Positions 17,631 through 26,842 of a stretch of 64,000 bases of DNA are shown here, in pieces. The DNA is from a virus. Taxonomy: Duplodnaviria > Caudoviricetes. The stretch spans positions 1,929 through 65,928 of IMG/VR virus record IMGVR_UViG_2883713342_000004; one strand, given 5' to 3'. The first letter of the stretch is position 1, and each line of letters begins with the position of its first letter. Below the pieces are notes generated by a model. That model saw only the letters and a program-made list of their open reading frames with translations. It was not told where the DNA came from and did not search any database. The translations under genes and the position numbers were made by a program.

Positions 17631-18653
17631 ATGAAAATCACACATATTTTCAGTTTTCTTGTCCGCCCGGAAAAAGGTCAGGAAGTGCAATCTGAAGTTG
17701 GAGGGACATCAATACCGCTCGAGGGCAATCTGTATTATATGCTATTGACTATATTTGAACGAGCAACTGAGGATTGTAAAATAGATATAACTTTTTTGCC
17801 AAGTGGGGATGGAATTCAATTCAACCAGCGTAGGTCCGAAATACTTGATGTAATCAAACATCGAGACATTAAGCATGCACAGCTCCTTGCAAAACACCTT
17901 CAGTCAGTAACGACAAAAAGATCAAAATTAGGATTGTTTTTTATCGTTCTTGGAAGAGATGGGGGGACAGAACGAATTTACTTGTCAAGGTTCCCTGCAG
18001 ATTTTGGTATCGTTGCTGAAGAAACGCAGAACGAGTTACATGTCGAGTTGATTGAGCAAGTTTTTATGAAAAGCGAAAAAAGCTATAAAGCCGTTGTTTT
18101 TGACGGCACAAATGCAGACTCTGATTTTTGGATAGGGAAAGCGATCGACAAACAAGTCAACGACAATTCTGTTTCTATCTCAGGGTATTGGATAAAGGAA
18201 TTCCTGAAAGCTGATTTTCGCACCACTTCAGCTGCAGGGACTCGCAGGTTAGCAAAAGCAATTATGGAAACCATCAATCAGACGAACGATCTTGAAATTA
18301 AAGAAGAACTCACATCCGCGGCAAGACTTTCAAGATCATTGGCTAATAAGATAATCAGCATGGATAACTTTGCTGATAAATTTGGACTTTCCGAAAAAAC
18401 TAAGAATGCGCTAATATCAACACTTCGAAACAGGAATCTTCGTTTTGATCAATTTAAGTTTTCTACCAGTGAATTTAGGAAACATGTCAGATTCCGATCT
18501 CTTCAAATCAGCAACGGTGCGATTTTAACCGCTCCATTAAACAGTTTCGATCAATGCTTTACAAAGCAATGTATTGCTGATGATAGCGACGAATATTTAT
18601 TTAGCACGCAAGGTACCATTGTCGATGATCGCTTAAGAGCTAAAAAATCATGA
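17631..18653 (+). CDS. NdpA/YejK (nucleoid-associated)-like protein
   Basis: LAKHL...GLFFIV...KAVVF...ISGYWIKEFL...TRRL pattern resembles the NA37 family; start MKITH behind GAGGGAAGG; family call by eye. Confidence 0.55.
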   Translation: MKITHIFSFLVRPEKGQEVQSEVGGTSIPLEGNLYYMLLTIFERATEDCKIDITFLPSGDGIQFNQRRSEILDVIKHRDIKHAQLLAKHLQSVTTKRSKLGLFFIVLGRDGGTERIYLSRFPADFGIVAEETQNELHVELIEQVFMKSEKSYKAVVFDGTNADSDFWIGKAIDKQVNDNSVSISGYWIKEFLKADFRTTSAAGTRRLAKAIMETINQTNDLEIKEELTSAARLSRSLANKIISMDNFADKFGLSEKTKNALISTLRNRNLRFDQFKFSTSEFRKHVRFRSLQISNGAILTAPLNSFDQCFTKQCIADDSDEYLFSTQGTIVDDRLRAKKS

Positions 18654-19258
18654 AGAGCTTACTGGAGTTATATACAAATCGATATAATAATATATTAGTC
18701 CCCGCCGCCAAAGGTATAAAAGGACTTCTAATTGATTATTTTGAGGACTTTGAAAGAATTGACCGAATTTCAGCTAGAGCAAAATCTATAGATAGGTTTA
18801 TGCAAAAAGCTCAAAATGAAATTAACGGGAAACCGAAATACTCAGATCCATTGAATCAAATTCAAGATCAAATTGGTGCACGCATTGTTACATTCTATAA
18901 AAAGGATGTTGATCGTGTAAGCGAAGTAGTACTTAAATATTTCAGACATATAGAACTAACCTCAATTGTGCCTGATTCTGATGCCGAATTTGGATATTTC
19001 GGCAAACACTTTATTTTGATAATTCCTCCAGATGTGTCTGAAGCGGAAGTTTCCGGTTGCCCAAAATTCTTTGAATTACAGGTAAAGACTCTATTTCAAC
19101 ACTCTTGGAGCGAAGCGAATCACGACCTCGGTTACAAACCGAATTCAGATTTATCTTCGGAGATCAAAAGGAAGATCGCATTTACATCAGCTCAAGCATG
19201 GGGCGCAGACGAAATTTTCAACGATCTTTTTTTAAGAATGAACCATATAGAGAGCTGA
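18650..19258 (+). CDS. RelA/SpoT-domain small alarmone synthetase
   Basis: RAKS, QDQIGARIV, YFGKH, ELQVKTLFQHSWSEANHDLGYK; ATGA-coupled to the upstream gene. Confidence 0.9.
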   Translation: MKSLLELYTNRYNNILVPAAKGIKGLLIDYFEDFERIDRISARAKSIDRFMQKAQNEINGKPKYSDPLNQIQDQIGARIVTFYKKDVDRVSEVVLKYFRHIELTSIVPDSDAEFGYFGKHFILIIPPDVSEAEVSGCPKFFELQVKTLFQHSWSEANHDLGYKPNSDLSSEIKRKIAFTSAQAWGADEIFNDLFLRMNHIES

Positions 19259-19493
19259 TTCTCGCGCCGCCGTATCAAACAATCTTTGGAAGCGATCCCA
19301 AAAATCAACCCAAAACTAAATCGTGCGAAAACGGGTCGGACCGCGCTAACCGACAGGAATTTAATTAGTAACGCTTAAAAATCACGCAATTTTTAGCCTT
19401 AAACGGCCCTTTTAATGCCAGCGCATAGATCTACCATGATAGTTTTACTTTAATATTTTAGAGCCATAAATAGGCATATTGGAGGTGACTTAA

Positions 19494-19763
19494 ATGGGAA
19501 ATTTAACAGTAGGTGAATTAAAAAAGAGACTCTCAGTTTACAAAGATTCTGCCAAGATATCGTTTGCCGGAGGATTGACTTTCTATCAATTGAAGACTTG
19601 GTCAGACAACGAACTCTTTGTTGAATTCAACGAACCAGAAGGTTATCTTTCAGACGAGTTTAGAAAGCGAAATCCTGGCGTCAAGGTTGTATTTATTGAT
19701 CCCACCGGGGCAAACTGTAGCGCGTCTGGAATTATAGGTGATGTAGACGTTAGTGTAAGGTAA
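19494..19763 (+). CDS. Hypothetical protein
   Basis: 89 aa with strong GGAGGTG RBS. Confidence 0.65.
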   Translation: MGNLTVGELKKRLSVYKDSAKISFAGGLTFYQLKTWSDNELFVEFNEPEGYLSDEFRKRNPGVKVVFIDPTGANCSASGIIGDVDVSVR

Positions 19764-19898
19764 TTAGTTATTGAGGCAGATTAACAGAAATGGGGCCATG
19801 CTAAGACCCACCGCCGAAGGATGTTAACAAGATGTCTATATAATATTCCCATGCAGCACGTAAAATGGACGTCTATTGATTATCAATTTTAGAGAATC

Positions 19899-20444
19899 AT
19901 GGAAGAAGAAATGTACCCTGGCTTCGAATTACACTTTGAAATGACAATGAGATCATTCCTGGGAAATAAGGCGGATCATATTGCCGGTCAGGCGTATAGT
20001 CCTCAGGTTCGAAAAAAGTGGTATCGAAAAGCACTCCTAAAAGCCCAGAAGCAGATAATGTCTATTGATACATCCACATCCCATCGGGAGCAACTTAATA
20101 CATGGTGTGAAGCGGCTTTAAAGGTCTTAGGAGAACGTAAATTAGATGAATATAAACTACTAATTTATTTGTTTCGTCTAATAAGTGCACTATTGGGATT
20201 TCGTGGTTTGAAAGGGGTAACTCTATATTCAGCATTTTTTTGGCAAAACAAAGGACAGTATTATACTGAGCAGCTTAATTCCGTTGCTGACCCAATGATT
20301 GATTATTATGATATTGAAAATTCCGTTTCTATAAGAAAAGAGCTCGTTAAAGAGCTAAAAGAGCGAGGCTTATCGGATTTTAAAATCGCACAAGTGTTGA
20401 ACACAACGGAGTATCAAGTAAAAAAAATGAAAAATAATCTCTAA
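19899..20444 (+). CDS. Hypothetical protein with C-terminal HTH, cassette-like
   Basis: GLSDFKIAQVLNTTEYQVKK; stop codon lies within TCTAAC, followed by an attC-like sequence. Confidence 0.65.
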   Translation: MEEEMYPGFELHFEMTMRSFLGNKADHIAGQAYSPQVRKKWYRKALLKAQKQIMSIDTSTSHREQLNTWCEAALKVLGERKLDEYKLLIYLFRLISALLGFRGLKGVTLYSAFFWQNKGQYYTEQLNSVADPMIDYYDIENSVSIRKELVKELKERGLSDFKIAQVLNTTEYQVKKMKNNL

Positions 20445-20553
20445 CCTCGCCACGCACATGGCCTCGCAGTGGCGGGCCTCCTTGGCTTTGGCATAGTTTG
20501 GTCTTTAACTATTTTTTGCGGAGTCCGGAAACCCTGCTCGCATTGGTGGCGTT
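20439..20553 (+). other. Degenerate attC-like site abutting the prophage 2 end
   Basis: CTCTAAC-CTCGCCAC...GGTGGCGTT with partial arm complementarity. Confidence 0.4.
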
Positions 20554-20841
20554 GTCCAAATTTCTGAGATAGTGTGCAAATATCGCAAAATATTTTGCGT
20601 TTTCAGGTCATTTTTCTGATTTTTAAAATTCGTCGAAAATCCGCTCCATACCCGCTTGTCAAAACATCACCACCACGCCAAAAACACCGACATTAAAGCA
20701 TATCCATCCGAACCAGAATCCCATTGAATCCCGCCAAATCCCGTCAAATCCCGCCTATTCGTTTTGCTTAGATAGTGTGCGTGCGGTAAATGGATATAAA
20801 TTTCCACGCTAAATCAGAATTATTCCCACGCTATCTCAGAA
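20553..20841. repeat. Candidate right end of prophage 2
   Basis: TG at 20553; TTCTGAGATAGTGTG at 20562, partial copy at 20770, inverted copies at 20804 and 20826; AATCCC x4 at 10-bp period from 20717. Confidence 0.6.
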
Positions 20842-20940
20842 AAATACGGGCCTGCAAATACTGAACGCAAAAAACCTGTGCGAATCGTAATAAACGGATC
20901 GCCAGGCTGATTTAGCCGAGTTTTTGAGCTGAAATCCTCC

Positions 20941-21699
20941 CTAATAATTTGTGATCAACAGCTCCCTACCGGCGGTCTGCTTGGCCTTCGATACAGAATA
21001 TTTCAAAACCACCGGTCTGATTTCGAACCGGCTAAAAACCTTCCGAATTTCCGGATGGTCGTTGATGCTCAAAATGAATTTGCCGTCTATGGTTGCGAGA
21101 ACGTTGGCCATTTGCTTGTAGTCGCCGAGTTCCAAATTGTGCTCGTAATACGGCATTTTGTAATATGGCGGATCGCAATAAAACAGCACCTCCGGACGGT
21201 CATATTTGCCAACAAAAACGTCCCAGGTAAGGTGCTCGATGGTAACGCCGACCAGGCGAAGGTGAACAGCTGACAGTTCCTCCTCGAGGCGCAACAGGTT
21301 AATCCGAGGCGGATGCATGGGGCCGGCCCCAAACGTGCGGCCCTTAACCCGTCCTGCGAAGCAAAGACGCTGCGTGTAATAATAACGGGCGGCCCGCTGA
21401 ATGTCGGTCAGGCCGCCAGCAGCTTGCTGGCGCTTCCAGTCCCCGAACCATTCTCGAGACGATAAAATCCATTTAAACTGCTTTAAAAATTCTTCGAGAT
21501 GGTTCTGCAGCACCCGATAAAAAACGACCAAATCACTATCAAGATCATTGATCACTTCGTATTTCGAAAAAGGCTTTTTGAAAAACACCCAGGCCGCTCC
21601 CGCAAAGACCTCACAATAGGATTTGTGATCGGGCATCATGTCGATAATGGTTTGAGCCAATTTCGACTTACCACCAATATACGCTAATGGGCTGTTCAC
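20941..21699 (-). CDS. D12-class N6-adenine DNA methyltransferase (Dam-like)
   Basis: Close paralog of 3229-3987 with DPPY; GTG start behind AAGGAG. Confidence 0.93.
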   Translation of the reverse strand: MNSPLAYIGGKSKLAQTIIDMMPDHKSYCEVFAGAAWVFFKKPFSKYEVINDLDSDLVVFYRVLQNHLEEFLKQFKWILSSREWFGDWKRQQAAGGLTDIQRAARYYYTQRLCFAGRVKGRTFGAGPMHPPRINLLRLEEELSAVHLRLVGVTIEHLTWDVFVGKYDRPEVLFYCDPPYYKMPYYEHNLELGDYKQMANVLATIDGKFILSINDHPEIRKVFSRFEIRPVVLKYSVSKAKQTAGRELLITNY

Positions 21700-21737
21700 G
21701 GCCGTCTCCTTGTGTATTTGAATCAACGTGTGATATA

Positions 21738-21843
21738 GCCCTGATGCTTCACCCAAAGCATTGGGCCGTCTGATTTCAGATGTCTGGTTGAACCAAGGCA
21801 GCCATTCGCCCTGGGGATGTTAGCGCATCCACCAGGGCGGCCC
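21738..21843 (+). ncRNA. Putative structured antisense RNA in the methylase leader (copy 2)
   Basis: Same stems as 4029-4137 with different loops. Confidence 0.55.
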
Positions 21844-21851
21844 AAACCTCC

Positions 21852-22013
21852 CTAACTCAACTTGGCGGCTTTCACCGCAGCATTAAGTCTGCGTTTGAGT
21901 TCCTTGTCGGAGTTCAGCGCCCGATTTATATATCTCTGGTTGTTACGGGCTACGAAAAAGGTTACTGCCACACCGAGGATAACCCCGGCGAGTAAAAATC
22001 CTGCTTCGATCAT
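21852..22013 (-). CDS. Small single-pass membrane protein
   Basis: FLLAGVILGVAVTFFVARNN...LKRRLNAAVKAA; homolog of 4146-4307. Confidence 0.7.
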   Translation of the reverse strand: MIEAGFLLAGVILGVAVTFFVARNNQRYINRALNSDKELKRRLNAAVKAAKLS

Positions 22014-22053
22014 TTTTCTTTCGTTTGGGTATTTAACCCTCATCGCCAAACAC

Positions 22054-23172
22054 CTAATGCAACCCGCAGCCAGACAGACTGACGCCGGTTAGTTGGGATG
22101 TTGATTCTCCGAGCGTGATCTCATATCCGCTCGATGGATCATTGTTTGAGTCAACCACAAATACATAAACAGTATTGTTGGTAGAAAAACCACCTTCTCG
22201 GACTGTAGCCGTAATTGATGAGTCGGACCAACTATCAATTGTGGCAATAGCGAGTTTAGTGCAGGATGTATAAATGGCATTGTTTCCGATTTCCACCCTG
22301 GCCGCTGCGTTATCTCCCGCAGCTATATAAATATCATCGAGGACATAGTTGTAGGTCGGATATGATGTTGACGCAAAATAGCCTGGAAAATTAATCCGGT
22401 CGAAACCAACGGCCATGTCACTTTCATCAAACCAAGCTACATCATGGTTTTCGTAGAATGTATGCCCGGATGAACTCACCGCTCCAAAAAACTCTCTCGA
22501 CCCGGAATCGGTCGTTCCATTTCCTTTAAACCAAACAGACCACCTTACAGGCTCGTCCCACACCCACTGTTTGTTCGCTGCTGTGCTGCGCCCGGTGCCA
22601 GAACCCTGTCGTGGACTACCTTGGTCGTTAGAGTGAATGGTTTGCCAGTTGCCGCCACTATCAACTCCAGGCACCCACATATCCGGCTCGTTGTCCACAC
22701 TCCAACCATCTGCGGTATAAAAAAACCATGCGTGTTTAACATTGGGAACCCCGTCGAGAGCTTCTTCTGTTGACGCCCCCGGCCACCTATAACCATCAGG
22801 CACATATGCAATTGATGATATGAATATTTCTATTTGGGTTGATCCAAAAATAAATCTATTTTGGACGGCCCCTGCCAGCCCGCAATGTCGGCTGCCCATA
22901 TTGTTTGATAATGCAGGATCCGACCAGCCTTCACCGGGCCTCTGATTCCACGATCCCGTTACGGCAGCATCCGTGCTGCTAAATGTTTCATCATCTGACC
23001 CATCAGAAAAGTCGTCGAACAAGACAATTGTCGGTCCAGAGCCAAAGCTGGACCCGGATATCGTTATCTGCCGGCCGTTTTGAAACGTACCGCTTACACC
23101 CGTAATCGCAGGTGCAGCCATCGCCGAAGTGTATAAAAGACTAAAAAGAAGCGTCAGAAATATCCGTGTCAT
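22054..23172 (-). CDS. Exported beta-rich carbohydrate-binding/lyase-like protein with IPT/TIG-like ends
   Basis: Signal peptide MTRIFLTLLFSLLYTSAMA; ITISGSSFG and SWSDSSITAT motifs. Confidence 0.65.
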   Translation of the reverse strand: MTRIFLTLLFSLLYTSAMAAPAITGVSGTFQNGRQITISGSSFGSGPTIVLFDDFSDGSDDETFSSTDAAVTGSWNQRPGEGWSDPALSNNMGSRHCGLAGAVQNRFIFGSTQIEIFISSIAYVPDGYRWPGASTEEALDGVPNVKHAWFFYTADGWSVDNEPDMWVPGVDSGGNWQTIHSNDQGSPRQGSGTGRSTAANKQWVWDEPVRWSVWFKGNGTTDSGSREFFGAVSSSGHTFYENHDVAWFDESDMAVGFDRINFPGYFASTSYPTYNYVLDDIYIAAGDNAAARVEIGNNAIYTSCTKLAIATIDSWSDSSITATVREGGFSTNNTVYVFVVDSNNDPSSGYEITLGESTSQLTGVSLSGCGLH

Positions 23173-23908
23173 TTTCTATCCACCAATCTATGTGCATAGT
23201 CCCAGACCCAGCGTTAAATATTCTCACCCGAGCAAGCTGCCCTGTTTCGGTGCCGTCTATTGATTGTGTTCCTCCCGACCACGATGAGCCATCCGTTGAC
23301 CACCAGACCTGAAATTCCGCGTTTCCTCCAGTTCCCTGTTTTACTCGCAATTTCCAATAAATTGTCGCTGGTGGGGAACTGATCTCGTTATAATTAATTT
23401 GCTTGGTCCCTCCGGTAGCCGTGACTTCCCAATCCTCATCATTTTGTATGCCGAGGATACCCAGTTGATTTGATGACCCGTCATAAAGCCTGACTGTTAC
23501 TCCTGTACTGGAGTAGGATTCCGTAATACGCCACAGGAAAGCACAATATGTTTCACTTCTGGGCGTAACCGCTATTGATATATGCTCTCCCGCACCGAGT
23601 TCAATACACTCATCACCCTCCATGCTCAGCCCGGTAGTGCTGTAGTCATAATCAGGGGAACCAACTTCATCCGTCCAATCATCGTCATCTGCCTGTGTCT
23701 CAACTCCGTTTAAATGTACAAACGTTTGCCCACTCGCAACCGCCTGCCAACCACTGTCATAATAATAGCTGTCGCAGGTTTCCCACGAATCACCATCATA
23801 ATAATAGCAATCGACCTCCGTGTCCCAATCCGCCCCGTCATAATAGTAGGTGTTAGCACAAACGACCGCTGCGAATAAGAGAATGGCTAATGCGATGAGT
23901 TTTTTCAT
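23141..23908 (-). CDS. Exported adhesin-tip-like protein (YYYDGxxW x3 plus lectin-like domain)
   Basis: Signal peptide MKKLIALAILLFAAVVCA; three YYYD..W repeats. Confidence 0.65.
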   Translation of the reverse strand: MKKLIALAILLFAAVVCANTYYYDGADWDTEVDCYYYDGDSWETCDSYYYDSGWQAVASGQTFVHLNGVETQADDDDWTDEVGSPDYDYSTTGLSMEGDECIELGAGEHISIAVTPRSETYCAFLWRITESYSSTGVTVRLYDGSSNQLGILGIQNDEDWEVTATGGTKQINYNEISSPPATIYWKLRVKQGTGGNAEFQVWWSTDGSSWSGGTQSIDGTETGQLARVRIFNAGSGTMHIDWWIENDTDISDASF

Positions 23909-24201
23909 TTTCCACCGCCATTAGGTATCATTGATGGAGGCACGCTGGTTTTAGCCTTTTCCTTTTTGGTCTCGGCAATTTGCTTCAGTTCTTTCCGCAG
24001 CACCGCCGCCTTGTTGCGTCGTTCGATGGATTCTTGCTTGGTGACTTTGAGAGATAGCCGCGTAATTAGAGATTTTAGTTGAACACTCTCGTCAAGCAAC
24101 GCAGCGTGCTGAGCGGCAAGGTTCTCATACTTCAGTTGCCAGTTTTCTTCGGCCCATGCCGTGCCACAAAAAATCAGGAATACAATTAATACTCGAAACA
24201 T
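23905..24201 (-). CDS. Exported small coiled-coil protein
   Basis: Signal peptide MFRVLIVFLIFCGTAWA; heptad-like helix. Confidence 0.6.
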   Translation of the reverse strand: MFRVLIVFLIFCGTAWAEENWQLKYENLAAQHAALLDESVQLKSLITRLSLKVTKQESIERRNKAAVLRKELKQIAETKKEKAKTSVPPSMIPNGGGK

Positions 24202-26015
24202 ATGTCCCCCGTTGCCGGACTGCCGATGCCTGTCCGGTCATCTGATAGAAAAAGACGGTTTACATTGCCGTCGCCGTTGACAATGAAAGCGCCGGATGCG
24301 CCTACCGCATTACCAAGAGCAGAAAGCACATTCGCCCCAAAGTCCGTCGAGTTGGGAACCGCATTGCCGCCCTCGGTAAGCGTATCAACTTCTAAAGATG
24401 TTCCAAGGTCGTATGCTCCAGATGCCATTTGATCAGGTCCAACGCCATCGTCCTCAATCATTGCTCCATCGAGCTTATCTGACCCATTATCCCACTGATT
24501 CGCTCCAACCGTAATATGCTTGCCTGTAGCAATTTCAAGGTCTTCTTCAAGGTTCAGATCAATTTTGATTTCCATCTGAGCGTCAGATTGGTCAACCAAC
24601 CATGCGGTTGTGCGTGTGCCGCCGCTCATGTAAGTAGCCCAAATATCCGAGTCCTCGCTATCCTCGGTTGTCGTGATAAAATTGGCCCAAAAACCACCGG
24701 CCTCTTTGTCTGCGTTTTCGGAACCGGCACCGTCTGAATCGTTGAGGATCACATAAGGATCTGTGGAGGAATTCCAGATTGTGATATCATCTGGAACTTG
24801 AGCGTCAGTTACAGCGCCCTGCAAATCAGCCAAATCAAGCACACCTTCAAGGGCCGTTTCGAAACCCGCAATCGCCGCCATTGTCGCATAGTCTGCCGCA
24901 GTAACCAAAGACAAGCCGTTGGCACTCACAACATTTTCAGCCGACAACCCGGCTTCCGCCTCACTGGTCAAATAGGTGGCGTCGGTTGGCGCACCGGACC
25001 CACTTGGCCAAGAATCGTCAATGGCCTCGATCAGTTCGTTGAGCGTATCGTCGTCGGCATCGCCAAAGTTGGTATAGGAGTTTCCAGGAGTCAGATCCGT
25101 GAAGGCAGTATCACCAATGGCCGCCCCGGTCGCCATTGCCGTGACGCCGGTTTGTAAGATACTAATCGCTCCGGACACAGACACCGCCTCGATCCGGCTA
25201 TCACCAACACCATCATAAATCAAAATTTGGGAGTTGTTCATGCCGGTGATTTCTGCCGTGATGCCGTCCAGAGTTGTATCGGACCCGCCAGCGCCCTCGA
25301 CCGCTGTTTCCAGGGCTTGCAGGGCCGCTTTGATCGTCAAGTTGTCGTCTATCGTGCTGCCGTTGAACTCGCCCAGGTGGGTTGACCCTATGGCCACGCC
25401 CGAAAGAGTGACAAGATCGTCGGCCTGTAATGCGGCAACGGCAGCAGCCGCAGTGCCTGCGGCATCATACGATCCAGACAGGTCCGGAATATCACCTGCC
25501 TCAAGCCCGAATGTGACGGTGGCCCCGGAAAGATCCCAAGTGCCAGTGGGCGTCAGATCCAAACCATTTATGGTTGTCGTTAAAGTCAGCCATAAATCCC
25601 AAAGATCGTCCTGGCTAACAGCATGTGTGGTGTCCGCGTTGAAATTTCCCTCGGTAAAGGCTTCGTCCTGCACTTCTGCTGACCCTGCGGCTTGGGTATC
25701 CACACTAACCCATGCCGATCCAGACCACCGGCAGGTTACGACATCAGACCCGCCGCCCACGGTACAATCTGTTGCCCCGTCACCGTCCGTGACCTCGATC
25801 CGATCACCCGTTGTCGGAGATGTTGGCAGGGTGGCCACGGTGCATTGACCAATACGATAGGTAGTCCCTATAGCTAAATGCGTCACTCCTGCCTTGGTTT
25901 TGTACCCGGTACCGTCTTTTTCGAACGGGGACTCATCTCCCGGAGGCAAGGCCCATGCGTTGGTAACGCATATGGCCATCACGAGTAAAATTAGAGTAAA
26001 AAGTGCTTTTTTCAT
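24186..26015 (-). CDS. Exported tail-fibre-like protein
   Basis: Signal peptide ending NAWA; TVATLP...GDRIEVTD...RWSGSAW fibre/spike motif; ALQALET; C-terminal PATGDICF. Confidence 0.7.
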   Translation of the reverse strand: MKKALFTLILLVMAICVTNAWALPPGDESPFEKDGTGYKTKAGVTHLAIGTTYRIGQCTVATLPTSPTTGDRIEVTDGDGATDCTVGGGSDVVTCRWSGSAWVSVDTQAAGSAEVQDEAFTEGNFNADTTHAVSQDDLWDLWLTLTTTINGLDLTPTGTWDLSGATVTFGLEAGDIPDLSGSYDAAGTAAAAVAALQADDLVTLSGVAIGSTHLGEFNGSTIDDNLTIKAALQALETAVEGAGGSDTTLDGITAEITGMNNSQILIYDGVGDSRIEAVSVSGAISILQTGVTAMATGAAIGDTAFTDLTPGNSYTNFGDADDDTLNELIEAIDDSWPSGSGAPTDATYLTSEAEAGLSAENVVSANGLSLVTAADYATMAAIAGFETALEGVLDLADLQGAVTDAQVPDDITIWNSSTDPYVILNDSDGAGSENADKEAGGFWANFITTTEDSEDSDIWATYMSGGTRTTAWLVDQSDAQMEIKIDLNLEEDLEIATGKHITVGANQWDNGSDKLDGAMIEDDGVGPDQMASGAYDLGTSLEVDTLTEGGNAVPNSTDFGANVLSALGNAVGASGAFIVNGDGNVNRLFLSDDRTGIGSPATGDICFEY

Positions 26016-26473
26016 CTCACACTCTCCAGATAAAGGGTGAGCTGCTCACCTTCCCCGGGCGACGTCAGACCGACTGTCAGACCTCCATAAATCGACAAAT
26101 ATCCGCCGGACTCGGTGTAACTGGCCACCTTGACCAATTGGGCCGTCGTTGTGCTGCGGTCGGCGATGGTGGCACTTTCCATGGCATCGGTAAGGGTGAC
26201 GGTGTACTGTCCAGATAGCGTGCCGATAGGCACCGTCTTGAGACGATATGAGTAAAGCCCGTTGACCAGCTTCTTGTCATCTCCATTCAGGTACGAAAAC
26301 AGATCGAAGTTGGTACTCGAGGCGTCGGCCGTGAGATCTATTTTTACCAAGGCCTTGCCTTCCGCCTTGTTGTATTTGATAACGGAGGCGGCGATTTCCC
26401 ATTCGGCCATCACAGGACCGGACGGTAGTGTAAAAAAGCATAATGCGATGAGTATCAGCAGCGTTCGTTTCAT
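26012..26473 (-). CDS. Exported beta-sandwich-like protein
   Basis: Signal peptide ending PVMA; coupled to its neighbours. Confidence 0.6.
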   Translation of the reverse strand: MKRTLLILIALCFFTLPSGPVMAEWEIAASVIKYNKAEGKALVKIDLTADASSTNFDLFSYLNGDDKKLVNGLYSYRLKTVPIGTLSGQYTVTLTDAMESATIADRSTTTAQLVKVASYTESGGYLSIYGGLTVGLTSPGEGEQLTLYLESVR

Positions 26474-26841
26474 GACGGTCCTCCCTCAAGTTTATTTTGC
26501 TCGATCAATTTCCTGCTTTTTTGCATGTCGTCCAGAACACCGATCAGGGCCATGACAGCCGGGTCCGGCTTTGGGCGGCCGTTTCCGTTATGGTCAGTTT
26601 CGGTCATGTTGTTGCGAAAGGACTCGGTCGCCTGTTGATTTCCCAGCAGCAATGCGTTCGTGTGCCAGTGCAGCCGGGCGCGATACAAATCCAGACATTC
26701 CGCGACTCGAACATTCCCGCCATCTTTGGCTTTCAGATCCGCCTCCACCCATGCCGGACATCCGTCCTCTCCATTCCATGAGCGCTGCGGACAACCTTTT
26801 TTAAACTCTTTCAGTCCTCTGATGCACGGTGGTTTTCTCAT
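26470..26841 (-). CDS. Cys-rich tail-fibre-associated protein
   Basis: PPC...GCP...GCPAW...EC...ATESFRN directly after the fibre gene; start MRKPPC. Confidence 0.6.
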   Translation of the reverse strand: MRKPPCIRGLKEFKKGCPQRSWNGEDGCPAWVEADLKAKDGGNVRVAECLDLYRARLHWHTNALLLGNQQATESFRNNMTETDHNGNGRPKPDPAVMALIGVLDDMQKSRKLIEQNKLEGGPS

Positions 26842-26842
26842 C

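Noticed and set aside
20700-20760. CRISPR array
   Set aside because: Repeats are 6 bp at a 10-bp period with no spacers; no cas genes in the window
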